Assembly (NCBI GenBank): GCA_035644395.1
Contig: DASQOR010000088.1
Span: 17,606 to 81,605, forward strand
DNA from: Steroidobacteraceae bacterium
GTDB lineage: Bacteria > Pseudomonadota > Gammaproteobacteria > Steroidobacterales > Steroidobacteraceae
Direction: 5' to 3'
Length of the DNA: 64,000 nucleotides
Shown here: positions 39,704-48,464 of the stretch, in pieces
Numbering within the stretch: the first letter of the stretch is position 1
How the letters are laid out: each line of letters opens with the position of its first letter
Program-made: the position numbers and the translations under genes
The notes under the pieces: model-generated
What the model saw: the letters and a program-made list of their open reading frames with translations, nothing else
Database searches by the model: none
Told to the model about the DNA's origin: nothing

Positions 39704-40456
39704 GTGGTTGGCAAGCTCGTGCTCCTGCGTCACGGCCAGAGTGTCTGGAACGTCGGCAACCTTTTCACGGGCTGGACGGACGTCGACCTCTCGGATCTTG
39801 GCCGCACGGAGGCCCGGCAGGGCGGGCTCGAAATGCAGAAGGCGGGGCTCAGTTTCGATATCGCTTTCACATCGGTCCTGAAGCGCGCGATCCGCACGCT
39901 CTGGATCGCGCTCGACACGATGGACCTCATGTGGATCCCCGTGGAGCGCCATTGGCGGCTCAATGAACGCCACTACGGGGCGTTGCAGGGCCTCGACAAG
40001 GCGCAGACGGCCGAAAAGCACGGCGACGCGCAGGTCAAGATCTGGCGGCGCAGCTACGACATCCCGCCGCCGCCGCTGGCGCTGGACGATCCACGCCATC
40101 CGCGCTTCGACCGGCGTTATGCCGCGCTCGCGCCGGCCGACCTGCCTGCGACCGAATCGCTCAAGGACACGCTCGCCCGCGTGCTGCCCTTCTGGCAGAG
40201 CCGCATTGCCGTCGAACTCAAGGCGGGTCGCAACGTGCTCGTCGCCGCGCACGGCAACAGCCTGCGCGCGCTCGTGAAGATGCTGGACAGCGTGTCCGAG
40301 CAGGATATCGTCGAGCTCAATATCCCGACCGGCGTACCGCTGCTCTACGAGCTCGACGATTCGCTGAAGCCTGTTGCGAGCCGCTACCTCGGCGATGCGA
40401 GCGCCGTCGCAGCAGCGCAGGAAGCCGTGCGCCGGCAGGCGGAGAAGAAGAAGTAG
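39704..40456 (+). CDS. gpmA: 2,3-bisphosphoglycerate-dependent phosphoglycerate mutase
   Basis: 250 aa with a GTG start. Contains [21 protein letters not shown] and [10 protein letters not shown]. Confidence 0.95.
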   Translation: MVGKLVLLRHGQSVWNVGNLFTGWTDVDLSDLGRTEARQGGLEMQKAGLSFDIAFTSVLKRAIRTLWIALDTMDLMWIPVERHWRLNERHYGALQGLDKAQTAEKHGDAQVKIWRRSYDIPPPPLALDDPRHPRFDRRYAALAPADLPATESLKDTLARVLPFWQSRIAVELKAGRNVLVAAHGNSLRALVKMLDSVSEQDIVELNIPTGVPLLYELDDSLKPVASRYLGDASAVAAAQEAVRRQAEKKK

Positions 40457-40473
40457 CCCAATAACTATAGATA

Positions 40474-40497
40474 AGGAGTGGCGCCCTGCGCACTCCT
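40474..40497 (-). terminator. Hairpin at the convergent gpmA/ferredoxin junction (candidate intrinsic terminator)
   Basis: AGGAGTG-G-CGC-cct-GCG-CACTCCT. On the minus strand it is followed by the T-rich TTATCTATAGTTATT. It overlaps the ferredoxin stop codon. Confidence 0.45.
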
Positions 40498-40814
40498 CAT
40501 TCGTCTGGCGCGACCTTGATCTTGAGGCCGTCCAGGGCCTCGGTGAAATCCACCTGGCAGGAAAGGCGCGAACGCGGTGCGTCGTAGTTCTGCAGCTCCG
40601 ACAAGAGGTCCTGTTCGTCGGACTGCTTGGCCGGGAGTTTCTCCATCCACGCGCCGTCGACGTACATGTGGCAGGTCGCACAGGAGCAGAGCCCGCCGCA
40701 GATCGCGGCGACGCCGAAATCGAGCTCGCGCAGGGTCTCCATCACCTTGAGTCCCACCCTGCCCTCGACCACATGCTCTTTGTCGTCGCGATCGACGACC
40801 ACGATGTTCGCCAT
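40497..40814 (-). CDS. 2Fe-2S ferredoxin (adrenodoxin/putidaredoxin type)
   Basis: ORF trimmed to ATG 40814 (MANIVVVDRDDKEHVVEG), 105 aa. Cys pattern CGGLCSCATCH...C. Confidence 0.85.
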   Translation of the reverse strand: MANIVVVDRDDKEHVVEGRVGLKVMETLRELDFGVAAICGGLCSCATCHMYVDGAWMEKLPAKQSDEQDLLSELQNYDAPRSRLSCQVDFTEALDGLKIKVAPDE

Positions 40815-40907
40815 AACGTCCTCGCCGGAAATTGGTCGCGTAGTGTGCCCAAAAGCGCCGCGGCAGGCCACCGCCGCGCAGGCATTGCGCCATGCTTTTC
40901 GGTGCGG

Positions 40908-41783
40908 CTACGCGCCGAGCCGCTCGAGGAGCCTCGCCTGCCCGGCCGGGTCGGTGGCGGTGAGCTCGAGCCAGAGGAGATGCAGGTAGTCGAACAGCCA
41001 GCCGTAGTCTGCCAATGCAGCGGTGAGCTGGCGGGTTCCGCGGGCCTCGTAGGCCGTGACCAGGATGCGACGCTCGGCGGCATCGATGTCGTGGTAGCAG
41101 GCGAAGGACGCGAGGTCGTAGAGGCCATCGCCGACAGCCGCGTATTCCCAATCGACGAGCCAGAGCGACTTGCCGTCGATCAGGTTCCGGCGGTGTACGT
41201 CGTTGTGGCAGAGGACGCCCGGGATCTGCGCTTTGGCGGTTGCCTTGAGTCGACGGTCGGCCTCGGTGTCGAAGCGGCCGCTCGAGGCAGGTTGCGGCGC
41301 TGCCCTCTCGTCGCGGCGCTCGCGGTATTGCGGAATGAGCTCCGCGTAGGCGAGTCGCCGCGCGTCCGCCGGCGGTGCGAGGGCGTGCAGGAGCTTCAGC
41401 CGCGCACCAAGGCGCTCGAGGCATTTCGGGTCGTGCGCGTCGGCATGTGTCCAGGTCCGGCCGGCGACGAACTCGGACAGCATGAGACCGCTTGCGGCAT
41501 CGAAATAGATGAGCGGCGGAGCGATGCCCGCGGCCGTGGCCGCCTCGACCGCCGCGCGCTCGCCAGCGCGATCGACGCCGAGATCCGCCGTGTCCTGGAT
41601 CGGCACGCGCAGGACCATCCGGCCGCCGGGCGCCTCGATCCGCCAGCTGCGGTTGGCAATGCCGCCGGTCATCGGCGTGCACTGCCAGCCCGTGCGCGGA
41701 CCGAGCATCGGTAACGCCGCGAACGCGCGATCGAGCAGCGTCGCGTCGATCGCGGCCTGTCCCGCATCGACCGGCGCGCTCAT
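40908..41783 (-). CDS. Aminoglycoside/choline kinase-fold phosphotransferase, thiamine kinase (ThiK)-like
   Basis: ORF 40908..42281 trimmed to ATG 41783, which overlaps the upstream stop as ATGA. Has the Brenner motif LCHNDVHRRNLI and LVDWEYAAVGD (compare E. coli ThiK IDWEYAGDGD). It is the last gene of the TPP-riboswitch operon. Confidence 0.65.
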   Translation of the reverse strand: MSAPVDAGQAAIDATLLDRAFAALPMLGPRTGWQCTPMTGGIANRSWRIEAPGGRMVLRVPIQDTADLGVDRAGERAAVEAATAAGIAPPLIYFDAASGLMLSEFVAGRTWTHADAHDPKCLERLGARLKLLHALAPPADARRLAYAELIPQYRERRDERAAPQPASSGRFDTEADRRLKATAKAQIPGVLCHNDVHRRNLIDGKSLWLVDWEYAAVGDGLYDLASFACYHDIDAAERRILVTAYEARGTRQLTAALADYGWLFDYLHLLWLELTATDPAGQARLLERLGA

Positions 41784-42385
41784 GCCAGGACTTCCTGCCG
41801 CTGGCGCAGCCGCTGCCAGCTCAGCCAGCCGGCGAACGCGAGCAACACGTACAGGCCGAAGAGCAGCGCGGTCACGCGCAGGCCGCGGTTGAGGTACACC
41901 GGCATCGCCACCGCATCGATTGCGATCCAGTACGGCCAGTTGTCGATGTACTTGCGCGCCGCGAGCCAGGTGGTCACGACGCTCGCCCACGCGATGAAGG
42001 AATCGACGTGCGGCCAGGCCTGGTTCGTGTAGCGGCCGAGCAGCTGGCCGAAGACGAGCGTGAGCGCGGCGATGACAACGATCGCCGCCAGATGCACGCG
42101 AAGCGGCGCGCGCGCGATGGGCAACTCGCCGCGGCCTCGACCGCCGTGCCGCCATTGATACCAGCCGTAGCCCGCCATCGCCGCGAAGAAGAGGTTCAAC
42201 GCCGCATCCATGTACAGGTGCGCGCCGGTGAATACGCAGATGTAGATGGCTGAACTCGCAAAGGCGAGCGGCCAGCACCACGCGCTTGCCGCGATGGCGA
42301 GGAGGAGATACGCCAGCGCCAAGGCAACGGCGACGAGTTCGACTGGCGAGGTCGAGCGAAAGTAGTCGAGGATGGCCGCGAACAC
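41780..42385 (-). CDS. PnuC-family transporter (predicted thiamine-type, PnuT-like)
   Basis: 201 aa, about 7 TM. Carries the PnuC signature AGYGWYQW. The thiamine context comes from the riboswitch, the YkoF-like gene and the kinase. Confidence 0.8.
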   Translation of the reverse strand: MFAAILDYFRSTSPVELVAVALALAYLLLAIAASAWCWPLAFASSAIYICVFTGAHLYMDAALNLFFAAMAGYGWYQWRHGGRGRGELPIARAPLRVHLAAIVVIAALTLVFGQLLGRYTNQAWPHVDSFIAWASVVTTWLAARKYIDNWPYWIAIDAVAMPVYLNRGLRVTALLFGLYVLLAFAGWLSWQRLRQRQEVLA

Positions 42386-42392
42386 GGCGCGT

Positions 42393-42647
42393 TCAGCCGG
42401 GCGGGTCGGCGAGTGGTCCCAGTACCTTCATCACGAACACGGCCTTGCCCTCCCCCTCGAACGTCCGCCGGCATTCCGCAGCGAGCACCGCGAATACCTG
42501 CCCGTATTCCCCGAACACCTGCGTGCTCATGCTGTTGGTGACGACCTTGAGGCCCGCATGGGCGTTCAGGCGCTTGATGAAATCCGCGATCGGCGGAATG
42601 TAGTCTTCCGCGAGCGGGTACAGGCTGATCTCGACTCCGATGTCCAT
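42393..42647 (-). CDS. YkoF/MTH1187-like small thiamine/HMP-binding protein (single domain)
   Basis: 84 aa. VEISLYPLAEDYIPPIADFIKRL...MSTQVFGEYGQVFAVL parallels the B. subtilis YkoF repeat (FRFSLYPMTDDFISVIKSAL...ISTVLRGSIDHVFDAA). Confidence 0.65.
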   Translation of the reverse strand: MDIGVEISLYPLAEDYIPPIADFIKRLNAHAGLKVVTNSMSTQVFGEYGQVFAVLAAECRRTFEGEGKAVFVMKVLGPLADPPG

Positions 42648-42659
42648 GCATTGCTCCCG

Positions 42660-44741
42660 TCAGAATCTGTAGTCGACCGTCACACCCCACTGGCGCGGGT
42701 CGCCGAGGCGCAGGTAAAGCTTGTCCGGAAAATCCGGCGGTTCGTTGCCGAAGAAGAAGCCGCGGACCGCGTAGCGTACGTCGAAGACGTTCCGGCCCCA
42801 GACCGTCGCGCTCCAGCGCTCGGCCGCGTAGCCGAAGCGCAGGTTCACCAGGGTGTACGGGTGCGACTGCTCGTCGTTGCTCGCGTCGAAATAGAAATTG
42901 TCCTTGCCCGCGACGTCCAGGTGCGCGAGCCAGCCGCGTGGATGCTGGTAGCCGATCGAGACCGAGTATTCGTACTCCGGAGCGCTCGCCTGCTCCCGGC
43001 CGTCGAGATCGCGGTCGCCGAACAGATAGTCGATGTAGCGTGTACTCAGGAGCCCGAGCGTCGCCCCGAGATCCCAGCGTTCGGTCACCGCCCAGCGCCA
43101 CGACGATTCGAGGCCGTAGTTTTCGCCGCGCGCGTTGTCGGTATAGAAGACAAAAAGCGGATTCGCCGGATCGGGCTGGATCGACGTGCTCACCTGCTGG
43201 TTCTGCCGGCGCGAGTAGAAGAGCGACGCGTCCCCGGTCACGCGCCCCGCGAGCCATCCTCCCTTCAGGCCCAACTCGATGTTCGCAAGCGTCTCGGGCC
43301 CGAACCGGCGGCGGTCGTCCGGCACCCCGGGGCCGATATTGAATCCGCCCGTCTTGTAGCCGCGGGAAAGCGCGAAGTAGGCCGTGCGCGCGTCGTCGAC
43401 CTGGTAGTTGAGCGCGATCTCGCCGCCCCACATCGTGTCGGCAGGTTCGAAATGCTCGGCGTCGCTGTCCCGATAATCCGCGCTCCAGCGCTCGAGCCTG
43501 AAGCCGCCCGTCAGGGCGAATCGATCCGCGAGCGGCCAGCGCACCTGGCCGTAGGCTGCCAGCGTATCGGCGCCGTAGGTGCTCGTGAGCGCCGTCAGGA
43601 CTTCGCCGTTGTAGACATCGAGCCCGTCGTTGTCCTCGTCGAGCTTCAGGTAGTAGAGGCCGGCGACCCAGCTGCGCTCGCCGAACGCTTCGGCGCGATC
43701 CGTTCCGTTCGCCGAGCCCAGGCGCAGCTCCGCCGTCGCCGTCTCGTGCCGGCGAAGCGTCCGCGACGTGTAGTCGTTCGGTGCGAACGCTCCCCAGTCG
43801 ACATCGTTGCCCCAGTCACCGTCGTAGCTCTGCTCCATGTCGGAATGCGCGAAGGTCGCGAGCGCGAGCAGGTCCACGGAATCCGCGAAGTGGTGATCGA
43901 CGCGCAGCGCCCCGGCGAGCGACCGCTGCGAATCCATTCCCGGCTTGTCGGACAAGGTCGTGTACGAATTGTCGATTGCAAACGCATCGTAGCCGTTCGC
44001 GAGGTCGGCATAGAGCGCCGTGACGTCGACCGTGGTCGCGGCCGATGGCGCCCAGTGCAGTTTGCCGCGTGCGGTCAGCTCGTCGCGCCGATTGGTGTCG
44101 TCGCGACCGAGATAGGCGTTGTGGCGGAAACCGTCCGCCCGATAGTCCTGCAGGCTCAGGCGCAAGCCGAGCGCATCGCCGCCGAGCGGCCCGCTCACCG
44201 CGGCGCCCAGCGCGCGCGTGTCGTCCTCGCCGAGCGTGAGCTCGGTGCGTGCCGTGAGCTCGGGATCGGGATCGAGCGTCTTGAACTTGATGAGGCCCGC
44301 GAGCGCGTTCGCGCCGTAGCGCGTGCCCTGCGGACCGCGCAGCACCTCGACCTGCTGCACGTCGAACAGGGTTGCCGGCATGCCGATGCCGCTGAAATCG
44401 ATGTCGTCGATGAGAAAGCCGACCGAAGGGTTCGGTGCGCCCTGGTACTGCTCGAGCTCGCCGATGCCGCGCAGCTGGAAGTAGCGCGGCCGCGAGGTCG
44501 CACCCGCCCAGTTCAGGTTCGGCACGAGACTCAGTACGTCCTCGAAGTGCTGCACGCCCGATTGTTGCAGCGTCTTTTCCGGCAGCACCGTGACGCTCGC
44601 CGGGACGTCCCGCAGGCTTTCGTCCCTGAGCGTCGCCGTCACGACGATTTCATCGAGCCAGTCCGGCTCCGCGGCGTACGCACTGAAGGCGCCTGCGCAC
44701 GCAACCACGCCGGGAGCAAGCCTGAGTTTCAACGATGTCAT
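42660..44741 (-). CDS. TonB-dependent outer membrane receptor (thiamine-regulated)
   Basis: ORF 42660..44807 trimmed to ATG 44741 (MTSLKLRLAPGVVACAGAFSAYA signal peptide). Has a plug domain (DEIVVTATL, LRGPQGTRYGANA) and a C-terminal beta-barrel ending in ...VTVDYRF. Confidence 0.9.
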   Translation of the reverse strand: MTSLKLRLAPGVVACAGAFSAYAAEPDWLDEIVVTATLRDESLRDVPASVTVLPEKTLQQSGVQHFEDVLSLVPNLNWAGATSRPRYFQLRGIGELEQYQGAPNPSVGFLIDDIDFSGIGMPATLFDVQQVEVLRGPQGTRYGANALAGLIKFKTLDPDPELTARTELTLGEDDTRALGAAVSGPLGGDALGLRLSLQDYRADGFRHNAYLGRDDTNRRDELTARGKLHWAPSAATTVDVTALYADLANGYDAFAIDNSYTTLSDKPGMDSQRSLAGALRVDHHFADSVDLLALATFAHSDMEQSYDGDWGNDVDWGAFAPNDYTSRTLRRHETATAELRLGSANGTDRAEAFGERSWVAGLYYLKLDEDNDGLDVYNGEVLTALTSTYGADTLAAYGQVRWPLADRFALTGGFRLERWSADYRDSDAEHFEPADTMWGGEIALNYQVDDARTAYFALSRGYKTGGFNIGPGVPDDRRRFGPETLANIELGLKGGWLAGRVTGDASLFYSRRQNQQVSTSIQPDPANPLFVFYTDNARGENYGLESSWRWAVTERWDLGATLGLLSTRYIDYLFGDRDLDGREQASAPEYEYSVSIGYQHPRGWLAHLDVAGKDNFYFDASNDEQSHPYTLVNLRFGYAAERWSATVWGRNVFDVRYAVRGFFFGNEPPDFPDKLYLRLGDPRQWGVTVDYRF

Positions 44742-44807
44742 CGGCCGGATTCCCCTTGATCTTCGGGAGGATCCGGCGACGCAGTGAATGGGGGGCCAAG
44801 CTGGCAC

Positions 44808-44903
44808 CTGCTCCCTACGCCGGTACTAACCGGATCAGGTTCAAAGGGTTCGCCGGTGCTCACCGGCATCTCAGGTCGTGCTGCACGACCACCCCGCGGT
44901 ACG
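44808..44903 (-). promoter_or_regulatory. TPP (THI-box) riboswitch in the 5' leader of the TonB receptor operon
   Basis: The minus strand reads ACCGCGGGGTGGTCGTGCAGCACGACCTGAGATGCCGGTGAGCACCGGCGAACCCTTTGAACCTGATCCGGTTAGTACCGGCGTAGGGAGCAG. It contains the invariant GGGGTG, CTGAGA, ACCCTTTGAACCTGATC(C/T)GG(T/A)TAATACC(G/A)GCGTAGGGA core of the THI element. Confidence 0.9.
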
Positions 44904-44964
44904 GCGGAGGATTCTAGGCGCTCGCTCGACGATTGCAACCCTCGACTCGCGGTAAGCTCTGCCG

Positions 44965-45873
44965 ATGGCGTCGAAGAGTCATCCCGTATTCCAGGTCGAC
45001 GCGTTCACGCGCCAGCGCTTCTGCGGCAATCCCGCGATCGTCGTGGGCGAAGCGGACGATCTCGAGTCGCCCGAGATGCTGCGCCTCGCGAACGAACTGC
45101 ATAAAGGCGACACCGTGTTCGTGCTGGAGCCCGACGCCGCCGACCATGATCTGCGGCTGCGCTTTTTCACGCCCACGCGCGAAGTGCCGTTCATCGCGCA
45201 CGCGACGATCGCCGCCCACTTTGCGCTCGGCGTCGACGGCGCGTCGCAAGCCGGGCACGTGCGCCAGAAGACCGGCGCCGGGATCATCGACGTACGCGTG
45301 CGCGGTGCCGGCGATGACCGCATCGTCGCGATCTCGCTCGCGGCGCCGACGCTCGGCAAGTCACCGGACGAGCGCGAGCGGACGCAGGTGCTCGACGCGC
45401 TCGGTCTCGGCTCGGCGGAACTCGATCCGGCCTGCCCGATGCAGGTCGCGCAGAAAGGCGGCACGCGGCTCCTCATCGGCTTGCGATCGGTCCGGCGGCT
45501 CGATTCGCTGAAGCCCGATCTCGCAGCGCTCCGCCGCTTGAGCGCACACGTCGGCGCCGACGGCTATTTCATTTTCGCGCGTGACGGCGCAGCCGATGGG
45601 TGCTTGACCGAAGCGCGTCTTTTCTGCCCGGCCATCGGCATCGACGAAGATCCCGTGAGCGGCAACGCGCACGGCATGCTCGGCGTGTACCTCTACGCGC
45701 ACGGCCTGCTCGCCGCGACCGACGGCCGCCCGCGCTTCGCGGGTATGCAAGGTCGCGCGCTCGGCCGGCCCGGCCGCGTCCAGATCGAACTCACGACGGC
45801 CGGCGCGAGCGTCTCCTCCATCACCATCGAAGGCGAAGCGGTGCTCGTCTACCGCACGACCGTCGAGGCCTGA
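44965..45873 (+). CDS. PhzF family isomerase-like protein
   Basis: 302 aa. VFQVDAFTRQRFCGNPAIVV is the typical PhzF N-terminus, and the protein has the internal duplication of that family. Confidence 0.85.
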   Translation: MASKSHPVFQVDAFTRQRFCGNPAIVVGEADDLESPEMLRLANELHKGDTVFVLEPDAADHDLRLRFFTPTREVPFIAHATIAAHFALGVDGASQAGHVRQKTGAGIIDVRVRGAGDDRIVAISLAAPTLGKSPDERERTQVLDALGLGSAELDPACPMQVAQKGGTRLLIGLRSVRRLDSLKPDLAALRRLSAHVGADGYFIFARDGAADGCLTEARLFCPAIGIDEDPVSGNAHGMLGVYLYAHGLLAATDGRPRFAGMQGRALGRPGRVQIELTTAGASVSSITIEGEAVLVYRTTVEA

Positions 45874-45881
45874 CGCCGTCG

Positions 45882-46844
45882 TCAGTCGGCGGCGACCAGG
45901 GCGACGCGCTTGCCGTCGGGGCTGAACGCGAGACGCGTGATGTTCTTGAGGCCGGCCCTGGTGAAATCCGCGAACGGCAGCCATGGCCCGCCCGTCGCGG
46001 GATTCCACGCGAGCAGCGCGCCTTCCTGCGCCATCACGATGCGTCCATCGGGCGTCCACGCATAGTCGATGTCGCCGGAACGGAGCGGCCGCGCGAGATC
46101 CGCCACCTGGCGGGTCGCGGGATCGAAGCTTCGAATACGCGTGTCCTTCTCATCCGCGAGATCGACGAAGCTCGCGAGCGGCTTGCGGGGAATCCGGTGG
46201 AGCGAGCGGCCAATGGGGCCCGCGATGCGGTCGTACTTGCCGGTCTTGACGTCCGCGACATAGAGCGCGTTCGGCTCGCCGAGCACGAAGAGCGCGAGCG
46301 TCCGCGCATCGAGCCACACGTGATAGCCGACGGGCTCCGGCGCCTCGAGCACCCGGTGAAAGGAGTCGTTCATCACCGGGAGGCCGCGATCGCCGCGCGG
46401 GAGCGGAAAGCTCCACAGGTGCTGGCGCTGGTCCGGCTCGATGCGCACGACCGAAATCTGCCGGCCGTCGGGCATCAGCGTCGGCGAGAATTCCGGCTCG
46501 GGCGTCGACGTGATGCGTGTGCGTTCGCCCGTCGCGAGCTTCAGCCGGTAGATATTGGTGCCGCTCTCATCGTCCGCCGTGAATAGCAGCGTCCTGCCGT
46601 CCGGCAGGAAACGCGGCTGATTGTCATACCCCGGCCGGTGCGTCACGTTTACCGGGGCACAAGGACAACCCGGGCCGGTGAGCTCGGCGACATATATGTC
46701 GACGGTGGGGAACGCATTTTGCGCGGCTCCAGTGTGACCGAAGCCCGCCCATGCGAGCGGCGCGAGCAGGATGGCTCTCACAAACGGACGTCTTGTCTGC
46801 ACCGGTTCACCTCCAGGTTGAGACGCAGGCAGCAATTCCCGCAT
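45882..46844 (-). CDS. Periplasmic TolB-like (PD40/WD40-like) beta-propeller protein
   Basis: ORF 45882..46997 trimmed to ATG 46844, which has a GAGGGGAG SD directly upstream. Signal peptide RRPFVRAILLAPLAWAGFG. Repeated PD40-like units (QPRFLPDGRTLLF, FSPTLMPDGRQISV, AFSPDGKRVAL). Confidence 0.7.
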   Translation of the reverse strand: MRELLPASQPGGEPVQTRRPFVRAILLAPLAWAGFGHTGAAQNAFPTVDIYVAELTGPGCPCAPVNVTHRPGYDNQPRFLPDGRTLLFTADDESGTNIYRLKLATGERTRITSTPEPEFSPTLMPDGRQISVVRIEPDQRQHLWSFPLPRGDRGLPVMNDSFHRVLEAPEPVGYHVWLDARTLALFVLGEPNALYVADVKTGKYDRIAGPIGRSLHRIPRKPLASFVDLADEKDTRIRSFDPATRQVADLARPLRSGDIDYAWTPDGRIVMAQEGALLAWNPATGGPWLPFADFTRAGLKNITRLAFSPDGKRVALVAAD

Positions 46845-46981
46845 CTCCCCTCGTTGTTGTTGACATAAAGGGCCGGGCGCTTTGGCGCGTTGCGAGATTC
46901 CGCACGCCGCGATTTTTGCCGAAGACCTATTTTTGCGCCCGTCGCCAGACCCCGTCGAAATGGACTCAAGAGGAGTTCGCC

Positions 46982-47233
46982 ATGAATGTTGCCACACCCC
47001 GGCTCGGCATAGCGGCCCTGGCCTTCGCGGCTGCGGCTGCCATTGCGCTCGTATTCGCCATCCCCGCCCTGTTCGCGGGTCCGAAGCATTCGATGCCTGC
47101 GATCCCCGCGATGCCCAAGGCGCGCGCCGAAGTCAGCATCTCGCAGCTCCCGGTCGGCAAGGACATGCCCATCGCGCCCGCCCCGGCGAGCGGCAAAGCG
47201 ATCGAGACCGTCGTCGTCCAGTCGAGCCGCTAA
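46982..47233 (+). CDS. Hypothetical small membrane-anchored or secreted protein
   Basis: 83 aa from ATG 46982, with a GAGGAG SD 6 nt upstream. N-terminal hydrophobic segment IAALAFAAAAAIALVFAIPALFAG. I recognise no family. Confidence 0.4.
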   Translation: MNVATPRLGIAALAFAAAAAIALVFAIPALFAGPKHSMPAIPAMPKARAEVSISQLPVGKDMPIAPAPASGKAIETVVVQSSR

Positions 47234-47237
47234 GGCT

Positions 47238-48413
47238 TCAGTGCACCGTCTCGGGTAGCCGCACGCGCTGGATCAGCCAGAGCGCGGGCAGCACCATCAG
47301 CGCCGACACCCAGAACGGCGCGCTGTGGCCGATGTGGGCCGAACAGATCGCGGCGACACCCGGACCGACGATTCGACCCAGGCTCTGCGCATTCTGCAGC
47401 CCCGCCAGGATCGCGCCGCGCTGGCGTGGATCCGCAAAAAATGTCGTGAGCGTCGAGCCGCAGGTCTGGAAGATCCCGAGACCGAAGCCGATCAGGAAGT
47501 TCGCGCAGCCGATCTCGATCGGCAGGGGCGCTAGCCAGAGGATAACGAGTCCCGCCGCGAGAATGAGCCCGCCGACCTGCGCCACACGCCGCTCGCCGAG
47601 ATAGCGCGTCAGCATGCCAACGGCGACACCCTGACCGATCGTCGCACCGACAGCCGACAACAGCAGCAGCCAGGTCGTGAGCTTCGGACTCATGCCGGCG
47701 TAGTGCGTGCCCCAGAGCGGGAACGCCGCTTGCATCGTCGTGCCGACAACCGACATCACCCAGGCGGCCGACAACACGAGGGATAGCCCCGGTATCTTGA
47801 GCCCGCTCAGCAACGGCGAACGCGCACCGGGATGGCGCTCGGACAATGGCCGGCGATTTTCCGGACGCAGGCTTTCCTTCAACACGAAGATGCTCCCGGC
47901 GAGCGCGAGGCAACTCGTAAGCGCACCGGTAATGGCCGGGCCCATCAGGCTGAAAGAGGCGATGTCGTTGCCCGCGAAGGCGCCGCCCACGACCGGGCCG
48001 AGCGTGAAGCCCGCCCCGAACGCCGTTCCCATGAAGCCGAGCGTTTTCGCGCGGGTCTCGGGCGTTGAGCTGTCCGTCGCGTAAGCGAATGCGGCGCCGA
48101 GATTGCCGGCCATGAAACCGCCGACGGCACGCGCCGCGAGCAGCATCGTCGTGCTGCCCGCGCTCGCCAGCATCACGTAGCTGCAGACAGCGCCACTCAG
48201 GCTCGCGATGAAAATGGGCTTGCGGCCGTACGCATCGCTCAACCGGCCCCAGATGGGCGCGGCCATCATCTGGAAAATCGAAAAGACACCGGGCCCGCCC
48301 CAGACGACGAGCCAGTCGGGCGCGCCCGCGCGCATCATCGCGTAGGGAAACGTCGAACCGACGATTCCGAATCCCAGGAGGTCGACGAATACGATGAGGA
48401 GCAGCACGGCCAT
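47238..48413 (-). CDS. MFS transporter (drug:H+ antiporter-like)
   Basis: ORF 47238..49199 trimmed to ATG 48413 (MAVLLLIVFVDLLGFGIV...). Contains the GRLSDAYGRKP MFS motif and about 12 TM. The discarded N-terminal part is Arg-rich and antisense to the next gene. Confidence 0.8.
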   Translation of the reverse strand: MAVLLLIVFVDLLGFGIVGSTFPYAMMRAGAPDWLVVWGGPGVFSIFQMMAAPIWGRLSDAYGRKPIFIASLSGAVCSYVMLASAGSTTMLLAARAVGGFMAGNLGAAFAYATDSSTPETRAKTLGFMGTAFGAGFTLGPVVGGAFAGNDIASFSLMGPAITGALTSCLALAGSIFVLKESLRPENRRPLSERHPGARSPLLSGLKIPGLSLVLSAAWVMSVVGTTMQAAFPLWGTHYAGMSPKLTTWLLLLSAVGATIGQGVAVGMLTRYLGERRVAQVGGLILAAGLVILWLAPLPIEIGCANFLIGFGLGIFQTCGSTLTTFFADPRQRGAILAGLQNAQSLGRIVGPGVAAICSAHIGHSAPFWVSALMVLPALWLIQRVRLPETVH

Positions 48414-48464
48414 CGATCCAGTGTAGCGGCAGGCGCCGCCCCGTGTTGGCCCTATACTGTCGCC

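Noticed and set aside
40497-40907. The 2Fe-2S ferredoxin as a fifth member of the TPP-riboswitch operon.
   Set aside because: It is on the same strand, but a 93-nt gap separates it from the kinase stop and adrenodoxin-type ferredoxins have no established link to thiamine salvage. Co-transcription cannot be judged from sequence.
41784-42281. The 457-aa version of the kinase ORF (40908..42281), and similar long versions of tgt, xerD, hppD, the TolB-like gene, MFS (47238..49199), JmjC (51866..), ZapE, PPK2, the SDR, gdhB and the TonB receptor.
   Set aside because: The extra N-terminal parts overlap the neighbouring gene in another frame or strand and are compositionally aberrant. Internal ATG/GTG starts coincide with family-typical N-termini, signal peptides, SD sequences or ATGA/GTGA stop-start overlaps.
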